NCBI GenBank assembly: GCA_043745295.1
Contig: JAYTTN010000714.1
Coordinates: forward strand, 19,500-83,499
Source: Fimbriiglobus sp.
GTDB lineage: Bacteria; Planctomycetota; Planctomycetia; Gemmatales; Gemmataceae
Length of the DNA: 64,000 nucleotides
Direction: 5' to 3'
Under the pieces are notes generated by a model, which did not search any database, was not told the DNA's origin, and saw only the letters and a list, made by a program, of their open reading frames with translations. How positions within the stretch are numbered: the stretch's first letter is position 1; every line of letters begins with the position of its first letter. This document shows, piece by piece, positions 53,446-63,460 of this stretch. A program made the translations under genes and the position numbers.

Positions 53446-55521
53446 ATGCACGATCTGCTCATCCAGAAACGGTTCGAGGCTCTCCGCGCCCGCGTCCGCG
53501 CGCGGGGCGACGACCCCGACCTGGACCGCCCGGTGTCGCGGTGGGTGACGGCCGACGACAGCCACCTGCCGCGACAGTTCCTGGGCCACTCGGCCCGCCG
53601 GCTGACGGAGGCGGGGTGCTGGCAGGAAATCGGCGACAGCCCCGGCATCGGGGTCGCCAAACTGAACCGGCTGCTCGACTTGATCGAACGGGCCATCGAC
53701 CGCGTCGAGACCCCCCGGCCGACATCGGCCGAACAGCCCGGCGGGCGGGCGGAGGCGTTCGACCCGGGCGCGCTCGACGAGGTCGGCTGGTCCGCCTGGG
53801 CGGAGGCGGTTCGCCTCCACCGCCTGGACGGCCTGCCGCTGGGCCGCTTCGCCCGGTCGCTGAACGAGCTGTCCGCCAGCCTCTGGGCGGTCCCGCTCCG
53901 CCGGTTCCTCGACCTGCCTCTCGTCGAAGTGCCCCGCCTCGCCGGGATGGGGCCGGTGCGGGTCGGGCAGGTCCTCCGGGCCATCGCGGAAGTGGCGCGG
54001 GCGGTGTCCGCCATGCCCGCCGGGTCGCCGCTCGCGTGCCGGCTGTCGGTCGAGCGGATTCACGGCATCGCCTGCTGGATCGACGCCGCGCTGGCCGCCC
54101 GCGCGGTGCCGACCGCGGACGAATTGGACCGCCAGTTCGTCCGCCCGCTGCTCGCCCAACTGGACGCCGACCTGTCGGCCGAGGACGCCGAGTTGATCCG
54201 CCGGCGGTGGGGTCTCGGCGGGCGGCCGGCCACCCTGGAGGCACTCGGCCGCGAGGTCGGGCTGACGCGGGAGCGAATCCGCCAGCTGACGGAGCAGGCC
54301 GGACGGGTGCTGGCGGTGCGGTGGCCGGAAGGGAGGCACCTGCTGGACGACTTCTACGAGTTGCTGCTGTCGGCGACGGACGCGGCCGCGCAGCGGGCGG
54401 TCGTCCGCACGGTGGCCGACGCCTGCTTCGATGTCGTGTTCGCCGCCGACGGGTCTCGGGCGGACCTCCGCGCCGGGTGGGAAGAGGCCGGCGCGAGCGG
54501 GCGGACGCCGATGACCGAGGCGGAAGTGCGGGCGTGGGCGGCCGAGGAGTTTCCGCGCCTGCCGCCGGCCGTCGCCGTCGAGTGGGTGGCCGCCGAGGGG
54601 GTGGCCGGGGGCGAGGGCGGCGGGCCGCCGTACTTCAGCCGCGAACCGTACGACCGCCTGCTGCTCGACCTGTACCGCCGCGGGACGGCCCTCGACTTGG
54701 CGGCCGCCGCCGCCGCCGTCGGCGGGGACGAACGGGCCGTCCGCGGACGGCTCGCACGCGACGACCGGTTCGTCGAGGACGACGAGCGGCGGGTGTGGGC
54801 GAGCGTCCACCGGAACCTCGAACGGGTCGGCGGCGAGTGGGTGGCGATCCTTTCGCCCGTCGCCCGCATCCCGGTCGCCCACCTCGCGCGATTGGCCGCC
54901 GGCGGGCTACTCCTCCGCGGCGTCGCCGACGCCACCATCTGGGGCGTCCGCCGCGCGGCCGACGAGTTGACCCTGCGTCTGTTCGGCGTCGGGCTGCCGG
55001 CCGCGTGGTCGCCGACCGTGTTCGCCACACTCTTGATGCGGCACTCCGGCGGAGCGATTCGGGCCATGCGGCGACGGCGGGTGCGGTGGGACACGCCCGG
55101 CGGGACGGTGCCGCCGCGCGGCAAACGGGGGTGGGTGGCCGAGGTGCTGGTGCGGGCGGGCGGGCCGATGACGATGGAGGAAATGGACGGCCGATTGCGG
55201 GCCTTTTACCAGGATTACGAGGGGTACGTCCTCGCGCAGTTGACCGACGACGGCGACGGCGACGAGGCCGCCAGCGGGCCTCGGTTCCACACCACGTCCG
55301 CGGTTTCGCGGCGATTCCCCAAGCTGTTCATCCCGGAAGGGTGGAGTCTCGACCCGACCGGGGCGACCGTGTCCGAAGGCGTCCGGCAGTTCGCCCGGCG
55401 CGTGCTCGCCGCGAAGGGCGTGTTCCGCTACGCCCGCGCGGAGTTGCAGGAGGCCGGCTGGCTGGTCCAGTTGTGCGAGATCGAAGCGGGCGGGCCGGTG
55501 GTCTGGGCCGACGACCCGTGA
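53446..55521 (+). CDS. Large hypothetical protein with a sigma-70 region-4-like HTH
   Basis: LIRRRWGLGGRPATLEALGREVGLTRERIRQLTEQA. Upstream there is an HhH-like LVEVPRLAGMGPVRVGQVLRAI. The start is uncertain. Confidence 0.55.
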   Translation: MHDLLIQKRFEALRARVRARGDDPDLDRPVSRWVTADDSHLPRQFLGHSARRLTEAGCWQEIGDSPGIGVAKLNRLLDLIERAIDRVETPRPTSAEQPGGRAEAFDPGALDEVGWSAWAEAVRLHRLDGLPLGRFARSLNELSASLWAVPLRRFLDLPLVEVPRLAGMGPVRVGQVLRAIAEVARAVSAMPAGSPLACRLSVERIHGIACWIDAALAARAVPTADELDRQFVRPLLAQLDADLSAEDAELIRRRWGLGGRPATLEALGREVGLTRERIRQLTEQAGRVLAVRWPEGRHLLDDFYELLLSATDAAAQRAVVRTVADACFDVVFAADGSRADLRAGWEEAGASGRTPMTEAEVRAWAAEEFPRLPPAVAVEWVAAEGVAGGEGGGPPYFSREPYDRLLLDLYRRGTALDLAAAAAAVGGDERAVRGRLARDDRFVEDDERRVWASVHRNLERVGGEWVAILSPVARIPVAHLARLAAGGLLLRGVADATIWGVRRAADELTLRLFGVGLPAAWSPTVFATLLMRHSGGAIRAMRRRRVRWDTPGGTVPPRGKRGWVAEVLVRAGGPMTMEEMDGRLRAFYQDYEGYVLAQLTDDGDGDEAASGPRFHTTSAVSRRFPKLFIPEGWSLDPTGATVSEGVRQFARRVLAAKGVFRYARAELQEAGWLVQLCEIEAGGPVVWADDP

Positions 55522-55545
55522 CCGACGACGGGGGCGATACGTCCC

Positions 55546-57447
55546 TCACTCCGCCCACTTGACGAAGGCTTCCAGCGCGTAGTACTCCGGCAGGCCCAGG
55601 GCGTCGAACGTGGCGGCCGTGCCCAGGTTGCGGTCCTCCGCCCGCTGCCAGAACTCGCGGCGGTCGGTGCCGCCGGGGAACATCGCCTTGTCCTTCTGGC
55701 TCTGGTGCCGGAAGATCGCCTCCTTCTTCCGCACCAGCACGTCCGGACTCAGCGGCACCGCCATCTCGATCTCGTGCGGCTCCCACTCCTCCCACGCCCC
55801 CTTGTACAGCCACACGTCGAACACCTGCTGCTTCGCCCGCACCCGGCGGACGGCTTCGTAAATAGCCTCCGCGCAGGTGCGGTGCGTGCCGTGCGGGTCG
55901 CTCAGTTCGCCGGCGACGTAGATCTGCGCCGGCTTCAGCCGCTCGAACAGCGCGACGATGTCGTCGATGTCCTGCGGCTGGATCGGGTTCTTGTTCACGG
56001 TTCCCGTCCGGTAGAACCGCAGGTCCATGAACTCCAGCTGCGCCGGCGGGATGCCGCACGCCAGGGCCGCCGCGCGGGCCTCGGTGGCGCGGATCATCCC
56101 CTTGATGGACAGGATGTCCGGGCTGTCCGGCTCGCCGGGGGCCTTCTTGTCCAGGAACTGGTTGGCCCGCTCCTTCATCGTCCCGGCCGTGCTCTTCTCG
56201 GCGGCGTCGCCGAACGCGGACAGGAACTCGTCTACGAAGTCCACGAACCGCCGGGCGTCGTGGTCGAACACGGCGATGTTGCCGCTGGTCATGTACGCCA
56301 CATGCACCGTGTGCCCCTGCTCCACCAGGCGGATGACGGTGCCGCCCATGCTGATCACGTCGTCGTCCGGGTGCGGGCTGAACACGAGGATCGACTTCGC
56401 GTCGGCCGGCGCGCCCACCTTGCCGGCGGGGTACGGCCGGATGGTGGCCAGCCGGTCGTGGAACACCGCCTCGCCGATCTTCTCGGCCGGCCCCTGCTCG
56501 CGCAGCAGTTCGTACAAGTGGTGTTCGCGGAAGTCGTCGTCGTTCAGCTTCTGAAGGCCCTTCTTCATCGTCAGCGACAGCCACACGACCGCCTGCCGCA
56601 CCCGCTCCGGCGTCCACTTCACCGGCCCCACTTCCCACGGCCGTTTGACGGCGGTCGTCTCGGCGGCGGCGGCCGGGTCCAGCACGAACACGGCGTCGCG
56701 GTGTTCCTGCAAGAAGCTGGCCGAGATGGCTTCGGTCGGCGGCAGCTCCACCGCCTTGTACAGCACCGGGGCCTTGTGTTCGCCGAACGCCATCAGGAAC
56801 ACCTTGCGGGCGTCGCTGATGCTGGCCACGCCCATCGTGATGGCCTGGTTCGGCACGTTCTCCTCGCCGAAGAACCCCGACGCCGCGTCCCGCCGGGTGA
56901 TGCTGTCCAGGGTGATGACGCGGGTGCGGCTGTTGCGGGGGCTGCCCGGCTCGTTGAAGCCGATGTGCCCGGTGCGGCCGATGCCGAGGATTTGGATGTC
57001 GATGCCGCCGGCCTCGCGGATCTTGCGCTCGTAGGCGATGCAGAAGTCCTCCATCTCGTCCGGTTTCAGCGTGCCGTCGGGGATGTGGATGTTCTCCCAC
57101 TTGATGTTGACGTGGTTGAAGAACGTCTCGTGCATCCACTTGAAGTAGCTGTGCGAGTCCTCCTTCGGCATGGGGTAGTATTCGTCGAGGTTGAACGTCA
57201 CCACGCGGGCGAAGTCCAGGCTTTCGTCCTTGTGCAGGCGGATGAGTTCGCGGTACAGGCCGACGGGGGTGCTGCCGGTGGCCAGGCCGAGGACGGTACT
57301 CTTGCCGGCGGCGTTGCGGGCGCGGATCAGCTTGTCGATCTCGCGGGCGACGTACTTGGACGCGGCCGAGCTGGTGGGGAACAGCAGGCACGGGACGCGG
57401 GTGTGGGGCAGCGGGTGCTGGGTCGGCGGCGGCATGTCGGTCGGCAT
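55546..57447 (-). CDS. nagB: Glucosamine-6-phosphate deaminase fused to a LmbE/PIG-L deacetylase domain
   Basis: LGLATGSTPVGLY and FNLDEYYPM are NagB motifs. LVFSPHPDDDVISMGG is a PIG-L motif. Start is ATG 57447 or 57435. Confidence 0.85.
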   Translation of the reverse strand: MPTDMPPPTQHPLPHTRVPCLLFPTSSAASKYVAREIDKLIRARNAAGKSTVLGLATGSTPVGLYRELIRLHKDESLDFARVVTFNLDEYYPMPKEDSHSYFKWMHETFFNHVNIKWENIHIPDGTLKPDEMEDFCIAYERKIREAGGIDIQILGIGRTGHIGFNEPGSPRNSRTRVITLDSITRRDAASGFFGEENVPNQAITMGVASISDARKVFLMAFGEHKAPVLYKAVELPPTEAISASFLQEHRDAVFVLDPAAAAETTAVKRPWEVGPVKWTPERVRQAVVWLSLTMKKGLQKLNDDDFREHHLYELLREQGPAEKIGEAVFHDRLATIRPYPAGKVGAPADAKSILVFSPHPDDDVISMGGTVIRLVEQGHTVHVAYMTSGNIAVFDHDARRFVDFVDEFLSAFGDAAEKSTAGTMKERANQFLDKKAPGEPDSPDILSIKGMIRATEARAAALACGIPPAQLEFMDLRFYRTGTVNKNPIQPQDIDDIVALFERLKPAQIYVAGELSDPHGTHRTCAEAIYEAVRRVRAKQQVFDVWLYKGAWEEWEPHEIEMAVPLSPDVLVRKKEAIFRHQSQKDKAMFPGGTDRREFWQRAEDRNLGTAATFDALGLPEYYALEAFVKWAE

Positions 57448-57561
57448 CCGGAGGGGGAGGGCGGGCGGATGCGGATAACTTATGCGCCGTGCGTGCGCCG
57501 GAAACGCCGCCGCCCCCGGACGAGCCGAGGGCGGGCGGAGAGGTTGCGGGTTTCCGGGCAA

Positions 57562-58371
57562 TCACTTGGCGTCGAGCAACTTCACCGCTTGCTTGATCGC
57601 CTCGATCTGCTTCTTTTGCGCGTCGAGCGCCTTCTTGACTTCGGCCGCCTTCTCAGTGGCCGCGTCGGCGAACATCTTGAAGTCGTCCCGCTTGCCGAGG
57701 TCGAAGAACTTCTCCACGTCCTTGCCGAAGTTAGGGACCATGCCCTTCTGGATGAACTGGTCGATGTTCTTGCCGGTCGGCACCAGCGATTCGTGGTTGC
57801 TCTTCGCCCGCGCCGCCAGCGACAGGAGCGCAGCGTGATTGGCAGTCAACCGCTTCGCGTTCTCTTCCATGGCGGCCTGCCACTTGGCCGCGCGAGCCTG
57901 CGCCGCCTTCGCGTCCTTCGCCAACTCGGCGGCGGTCATCTTGAACTCGTCGCTCGACCCTTCCCCGACGGTACCGGCTTTGGTCGCGGTCACCTCCTTC
58001 CACGTCGCTTCCAGCACCTTGTACGCCTCCTTCGGTTTGGCGCTTTCGAGGGCCGTGAGGAACGTCTTGGCGGCCTGCTTGCGGGTGGCTTCGGTTTTGT
58101 CTTCGGCGAGTTTCGCGAGGTTGGCCGCCGGTTGCTTGAGGCCGGGCAGCTTTTCGGTCCCCTTCTCGAAGGCCTTGTCCGCGTTCGGCAGTCTGTCCTT
58201 GTCGTCCTTCGCGGTCGAGAGGTCCGACGCCGAGAACGCCCCGTCCGCCTTGCCGACCTTGTCGCGGAACGCCTTCAGCTTGATCGCGGCGGTGTCCAGT
58301 TCCGCCTTTGTCGGCTCGGCCGCCGCCACGACGCCGGCGGCGAGGAACAGGGCGACCAGGGTGCGGGACAT
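57562..58371 (-). CDS. Secreted Ala/Lys-rich all-helical protein
   Basis: Signal peptide MSRTLVALFLAAGVVAAAEP. I recognise no family. Confidence 0.6.
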   Translation of the reverse strand: MSRTLVALFLAAGVVAAAEPTKAELDTAAIKLKAFRDKVGKADGAFSASDLSTAKDDKDRLPNADKAFEKGTEKLPGLKQPAANLAKLAEDKTEATRKQAAKTFLTALESAKPKEAYKVLEATWKEVTATKAGTVGEGSSDEFKMTAAELAKDAKAAQARAAKWQAAMEENAKRLTANHAALLSLAARAKSNHESLVPTGKNIDQFIQKGMVPNFGKDVEKFFDLGKRDDFKMFADAATEKAAEVKKALDAQKKQIEAIKQAVKLLDAK

Positions 58372-58458
58372 TGTTGATCCTCTTGAAACTGCCGGGAGGG
58401 AGTTGGTATTCGATGTAAGAACAGCGTTCGGCACCGTATCGCCAGACGCTTGGTTGGT

Positions 58459-60327
58459 TTACTTCTCGAGTAGGATCATCACCTCGCGCGCGTGATCCGA
58501 GATCTTCCGGTTGACCTCGCTCAACTGCTTGTGGAGTAGCGCGAGTCGAACGTGAAGCGCTGGAGCGTTTGCCTGGATGTCCTTCAACCCCTTCGTGGCC
58601 ACTTGGAACCCGAGTTGCGCGGCAGCGTACAACTTTTCTTCTGCTTCGTACTTCGCAGTCCGAGAAGCATATCCTTCTTCAGCAGCAGCCGCGTGCTGAG
58701 CAGCAAGCTCTCCTTTGTTGTCACCTTTCCATAACTTCCCTAAGTGTGTAATCATGCTTTGACCTCCAAGAAACAACCACGTCTGTCTGGTGTATTTCAA
58801 CGCAGTCTCGTGATCGGGGTCGAGCCGCGCGACGTTCGCCGCCGACTGTTCGTTCGCCTTGCCGAGTGCGGCCAGAGTGTCGTTCATCTCCTGGCACAGC
58901 GCTTCGCGCTTTTGGTGCAACGCCACGAGTTGTGCGCGGTGTTCTTTCAGAGCGCGGGATTTCTCGGTGTCTTGCCGGTAGTGTCCGTCGAGCGACAGGG
59001 GCGAGACGATGAGTTTTTGCCCCTCAGTGAATGAGCCCAGTTTGATCTGGGTGACGCTAGCGGCATTTGTCACAACTTTCTGCACCTGATCGGCGCTCAG
59101 GCACGCGACTGGGTACTTCCCCTCCACTCCTTGCAGAATGTCCGAGAGGGCGCGGGCGTGATTCTCGTCGTTGTCGATGTTCGTTCCGCCTTTCTCGTTC
59201 TCGACGTCGAACTTGATGCTCACGCCGAACCCGCCACCCTCGCCGGAGGTCTTGTTCTTTTCGAGCCACGTTCGCGTCCGCTCCGTCCGCGTTTTCGTCT
59301 CGTCCTCTTTCTTAATGCCCAGGTTCGCCTTGTTGAACTCGCCCATGCTGGCCGTCGCCTTAATCCCATTGCTCGTGACGAACGTGACCACGGCGTCGTC
59401 CTTCTGCTTGGCCAGGTTGTTTTCCTCGGTGATGCCCGCGAACAGCTTCGCCATCACGCTATCTATCAGCGCGGGGTTCACCGGCTTGTCTTTCGCGCTC
59501 AGCACCTCCATCTGGATGTGCCGGGACAGAAGTTGCTTGATCGACACCTTGTTACTCACGCCGCCGCCGACGGCCACCAGCAGGATCGCCTCCTTGCCCT
59601 TGTCGGTCTTGCCGAGTTTGTTCTTGAATTCCGTCGCGGCGCTACTGCTCACGCTCAGCGTCGCCTCCAGATCGGTTTCGATGAACCGGCCGGCGAAGCT
59701 CTCCTCGAACGTGAGACCGACGTTGGCGCGGTCGGCCGCGAGCAGTTTCGTGGCGGCTTCGGTCGGGAGTGGGAACACAAGTTCGGGGATGGTGGCCTGG
59801 CCGACCTTTCGAGTCCGAGCGACCGTGGCAAGGGGCACGTCGTGGCCGTCAACGTTCAGGACGAGCGTCACGGCGACCGCATTGTTCGTCGGCATCGCCT
59901 CGCTCCATGCCTTGCCATACTTGGGGTGGGTGTCCATCGCGGCTTCGATCACCGGTTTCAAGTCGTCGTCGTAGAGGGCGTCGCGGAGCGTGACTCGCAC
60001 TTCCGGAGCCTTGTCGCCGGCGGTCGGCAGTACCACGCTCTTGACGAGGTAGATCGGCAGCAGCCACGTCGCCTGCGCCGACGGGGTGACGCGGACGCGG
60101 AGGGTCTTCGGGTCGGCGGGGTTCTTCGACGCCAGTTGTAGCAGCACGTCTCGGGGGCGGTTCTCGCCGAAGATGAACCCGCCGTTCGACTCCGGCGGTT
60201 TGCCCACGTCTTGCGGCGGCTTGACCGGCGGGGGCGGATCCTTCGGCGGGTCTTGGGCGGCGCTGCCGGTAGCGAGCAGCACGGCCAAGGTGACAAGAAG
60301 GGCGACAGGCGCGAGGAGGTTCTTCAT
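58459..60327 (-). CDS. Secreted 622-aa protein of unknown function
   Basis: Signal peptide MKNLLAPVALLVTLAVLLATGSAAQ. A Pro-rich linker. The C-terminal third is coiled-coil-like. By eye its GC is lower than that of its neighbours. Confidence 0.65.
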   Translation of the reverse strand: MKNLLAPVALLVTLAVLLATGSAAQDPPKDPPPPVKPPQDVGKPPESNGGFIFGENRPRDVLLQLASKNPADPKTLRVRVTPSAQATWLLPIYLVKSVVLPTAGDKAPEVRVTLRDALYDDDLKPVIEAAMDTHPKYGKAWSEAMPTNNAVAVTLVLNVDGHDVPLATVARTRKVGQATIPELVFPLPTEAATKLLAADRANVGLTFEESFAGRFIETDLEATLSVSSSAATEFKNKLGKTDKGKEAILLVAVGGGVSNKVSIKQLLSRHIQMEVLSAKDKPVNPALIDSVMAKLFAGITEENNLAKQKDDAVVTFVTSNGIKATASMGEFNKANLGIKKEDETKTRTERTRTWLEKNKTSGEGGGFGVSIKFDVENEKGGTNIDNDENHARALSDILQGVEGKYPVACLSADQVQKVVTNAASVTQIKLGSFTEGQKLIVSPLSLDGHYRQDTEKSRALKEHRAQLVALHQKREALCQEMNDTLAALGKANEQSAANVARLDPDHETALKYTRQTWLFLGGQSMITHLGKLWKGDNKGELAAQHAAAAEEGYASRTAKYEAEEKLYAAAQLGFQVATKGLKDIQANAPALHVRLALLHKQLSEVNRKISDHAREVMILLEK

Positions 60328-60577
60328 GAGGGCACTCCGAACGCGGGTGAGTCCGCAATAAGTCTACGCAGTGACTTGAGTCAGATTTTGCCTTTCGTTG
60401 CCGATTTTCTCGATTGGCTGGCCGGCACCTCCTATCCGACAGCCACTTGTCGTTACGGGAGAATGACTTGCGCCGGCATCGACTTGGGGCATCCGGCTGG
60501 GAATGACAGGCACTCCCGGCAGACTGCGGGGATGAACGGATTCACGTCAACCCCACTTACCGGCCGATGAGAAGAAG

Positions 60578-61423
60578 GTGGGTCAACCGCTCCAACCCGA
60601 TCGGCCGACGCCCGGCCGGGAGGTCTCCGTGTCCAGTTCCCGTGGCAAGACCGTCCCCCTCACCCTGCCCCGCCGGTGGGTGTCCGACATCCTGCACTTC
60701 GGCAAGGACGTGCCGATCATCACCGGCGACCGCAGCATCCGCGTCAAGAAGCTGATCGCCGCCCGCCGCACGGTCCAGCACCCGCCGAGCTGGCAGGCCA
60801 TCATCCTGAAGGCGTTCGGCCTGGCGTCCGAGCAGGTGCCGGAGCTGCGGCGGTCGTACCTGAGTTACCCGTGGCCGCGGCTGCACGAAATGCCGTACAG
60901 CGTCGGCACGGTGGTCATCGACCGCGAGTACGAGGGCGAGCGGGCGGTGTTCTGCGCGCCGCTGCTGCACCCGGAGAAGCTGCCGCTGGCCGACATCCAG
61001 CGGAAGTGCGACGCCTGGAAGGTGGACCCGGTGGCCGCCCACGGCCCGCTGCGGCGACAGGTGCGGACGGCCAAACTGCCGCGGCCGATCCGCCGGGCCA
61101 TGTGGTGGTACGGGCTGAAGTGCTCGGGGTATCTGAAGGGGCGGTACTTCGGCACGTTCGCCGTGAATTGCCTGGCCGGGATGCGCGGGCGGATCACGCA
61201 GATGTGCTTCCCGGTCACGTCCTACCTGTACTACGGCGTGCCGGAGAAGGACGGCACCATGCCGATCCAGTACGGGTTCGACCACCGCGTGTACGACGGG
61301 TACACCTGCGCGCGGGCGGTCGGCATCCTGGAAGAGATCCTGAGCGGCCCGATCCTGGCGGAAGTCCTCCGCGGCACGCCCCTGGCGGTGTCCCAACCGG
61401 TCTCCCTGTCGGCGGCCGCCTGA
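60578..61423 (+). CDS. 2-oxoacid dehydrogenase E2 / CAT-like acyltransferase catalytic domain protein
   Basis: The C-terminal catalytic signature is YGFDHRVYDG. It has no lipoyl domain. The start is uncertain. Confidence 0.55.
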   Translation: MGQPLQPDRPTPGREVSVSSSRGKTVPLTLPRRWVSDILHFGKDVPIITGDRSIRVKKLIAARRTVQHPPSWQAIILKAFGLASEQVPELRRSYLSYPWPRLHEMPYSVGTVVIDREYEGERAVFCAPLLHPEKLPLADIQRKCDAWKVDPVAAHGPLRRQVRTAKLPRPIRRAMWWYGLKCSGYLKGRYFGTFAVNCLAGMRGRITQMCFPVTSYLYYGVPEKDGTMPIQYGFDHRVYDGYTCARAVGILEEILSGPILAEVLRGTPLAVSQPVSLSAAA

Positions 61424-61437
61424 GACGGAAAACGAAG

Positions 61438-61464
61438 AAACCCCCGGCGGGCGGCCGGGGGTTT
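61438..61464. terminator. Bidirectional intrinsic terminator between convergent genes
   Basis: AAACCCCCGGC-gggcg-GCCGGGGGTTT, an 11-bp stem with A and T runs on the two sides. Confidence 0.7.
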
Positions 61465-61504
61465 CGTGTGGGCGACGGTTACGGGTCGTCATCCCGGTTG
61501 TTGC

Positions 61505-63043
61505 TCAGTTGCACCCGCCGCCGCAGCCGCCGGAGATGACCGGGCTGCCGCACGCCGGGGTGCCGCAGCCGGCCGACCCGCGGCCGCCCAGACCGCGAAT
61601 CTTGCCGAACACGCTGGAGATGGCCGCCTTCTTGCGGTCCAGGATGCCGCGGATGAACCCGGTGGCCCGGCTGCCGATGCCGGCCCGACCGCCGTAGCTC
61701 GACCCGCCGTAGCTGGTCGTGCCGGCGTCGCCGCACCCGCCGCCGTAGCTCGACCCGCCGTAGCTGGTCGTGCCGGCGTCGCCGCACCCGCCGGACACGG
61801 CCGGGGCGGCCGAGTACACGGCCACTTGCTTCTGCACTTGGGTCGGCACCATCTTGGTGACGTTCACCATCTCCGTCACCGGGACGGTGGTGCACACGTT
61901 GCGGGTGGCCGTGTACGGGACGCTACGGGTGGTGTTCACCGTGTAGGTCTCGTTCACGGTCTCCGGCACGCACCGGGTGACGGTCGTCGGCACCTGCACC
62001 GTCTGGGTCTCGGCGACCATGCGGGTGACGGTCGTCGGCACCTGCACCGTCTCGCACACCATGCGGGTGGTGGTGCAGGGCACCTGCACCGTCTCGCACA
62101 CCATGCGGGTGACGGTGCAGGGCACCTGCACCGTCTCGCACACCATGCGGGTGACGGTGGTCGGGCACTGGATCGTCTCGCACACCGTCTGGAAGGAAGT
62201 CACTTCCTTCGGCACGCAGGTGGTGACGGGCACCTTCTTGCAGGTGGTGACCGGCTCGCACACGGTGTCGCAGGTGGTGTGCTTCTTGCACACGGTCTTG
62301 GTGTGCCCGCAGTTGGAGGCGCACGGGTTGGCGAACGACTTGAACCGGTCCAGGATGGACGGGCCGACGGTGACCGTCTCCGGCACCATCACGGTGTTCC
62401 GCACGGTCTTGCTGACCATGTGCGTTTCCGACACCGTCTCGTAGCTCGTCTGGTTGGTCATCACCGTCGTCGTCACCGGCACCTGGCGGCTGACCTGGCG
62501 GCTGGTCATCACCGTCTCGGTCACCGGCCGGCTCACCTGCTGGGTGGTCATGACGGTTTCCGTCACCGGACGGCTGACCGTCTGGGTGCGGGCCTGCATG
62601 ACGGTCTCCGTCACCATCCGGTTGACCGTGACCGCGCGGCTGCGGGTCTCGGGCACCACTTCCGTGCGGTACGCCGTGTAGCTCTCGACGTTCGTCTGCT
62701 GGCGGTAGCTGGTGCGGGCCTCCTGCACCGTCGTCGGCACGTACTCCGTCACCGTGACGGTCTGGTAGCTGACGCCGCCGCACCCGCCGGTGCTGACGGT
62801 GCCGGCGGTGCCGCCGTAGGAGACGCCGCCGTAGGACACCGCGCCGCCGCAGTCACCGGTGACGATGCCGCCGACCGGGCCGGCGACCGGGGCCGGGTTG
62901 ACGACCGGGGTCGGGACCGGCTGCATGCCCGGGTCCTTCTTGTCGTCCTTCTTCGGCTCGTCGGCCGCGATCAGGGACGAGGCCCCGAACGCGCCGGCGA
63001 GGACGGCCATCAGCGTACACTTCTTGACCCATCGCATGCTCAT
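61505..63043 (-). CDS. Secreted Thr/Val-rich repeat protein (YTV-repeat-like) with Cys/Gly-rich termini
   Basis: It has a signal peptide. TVTRMVCETVQVPCT-type units and the ETYTV and VPYTA motifs. GGCGDAGTTSYGGSSYG occurs twice. The C-terminus is GCGGGCN. Confidence 0.7.
   Translation of the reverse strand: MSMRWVKKCTLMAVLAGAFGASSLIAADEPKKDDKKDPGMQPVPTPVVNPAPVAGPVGGIVTGDCGGAVSYGGVSYGGTAGTVSTGGCGGVSYQTVTVTEYVPTTVQEARTSYRQQTNVESYTAYRTEVVPETRSRAVTVNRMVTETVMQARTQTVSRPVTETVMTTQQVSRPVTETVMTSRQVSRQVPVTTTVMTNQTSYETVSETHMVSKTVRNTVMVPETVTVGPSILDRFKSFANPCASNCGHTKTVCKKHTTCDTVCEPVTTCKKVPVTTCVPKEVTSFQTVCETIQCPTTVTRMVCETVQVPCTVTRMVCETVQVPCTTTRMVCETVQVPTTVTRMVAETQTVQVPTTVTRCVPETVNETYTVNTTRSVPYTATRNVCTTVPVTEMVNVTKMVPTQVQKQVAVYSAAPAVSGGCGDAGTTSYGGSSYGGGCGDAGTTSYGGSSYGGRAGIGSRATGFIRGILDRKKAAISSVFGKIRGLGGRGSAGCGTPACGSPVISGGCGGGCN
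61690..61791. repeat. 2 x 51-nt perfect tandem repeat (coding)
   Basis: 61690-61740 is identical to 61741-61791. Confidence 0.9.
61989..62162. repeat. About 4 units of 42-48 nt in tandem (coding)
   Basis: GGCACCTGCACCGTCTCGCACACCATGCGGGTG..GGTGCAG units start at 61989, 62037, 62079 and 62121. Confidence 0.8.
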
Positions 63044-63460
63044 GACTCACTCCGCATCCGGGATTGGCACCTCGTCCGCCGCCGCGAGGGGGTCTCCGTT
63101 TGCCCCCTCACCCCGACGCCGGTTCCCGATGTGCTTACTTAGATATGACGCATTCCGGGGCGTTGGGAAAGCGACGGGGGATCGGAAGACGGGAAAAACG
63201 GGGCAAGACGCGGGCGCTTCCGCCGCCTCCAACGGTTGCGCCTGCCTTCGCGGGATTTGTCGATCGGCGAAGACGCGCCCGCCGGTAGCGGTTGGCGCGT
63301 CACTTCGCAGCGACTGGCGCGGTTGTGCGGGTCGCGACCCGTCCGGGCGCGGGGCCGAGGTGGACCGCGCGAACTGGGATACCGGGGAAGGATTTCGGGC
63401 CTGTCGGGCAGTTTGCCGGTCGGCGAAGGAGTGAGGGCGACGGGTCGGCCGAGGGCCGAA

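Noticed and set aside
61690-62162. Tandem repeats considered as a possible CRISPR or minisatellite
   Set aside because: The units are contiguous with no spacers. They are in frame inside a long ORF and encode repeated peptide units.
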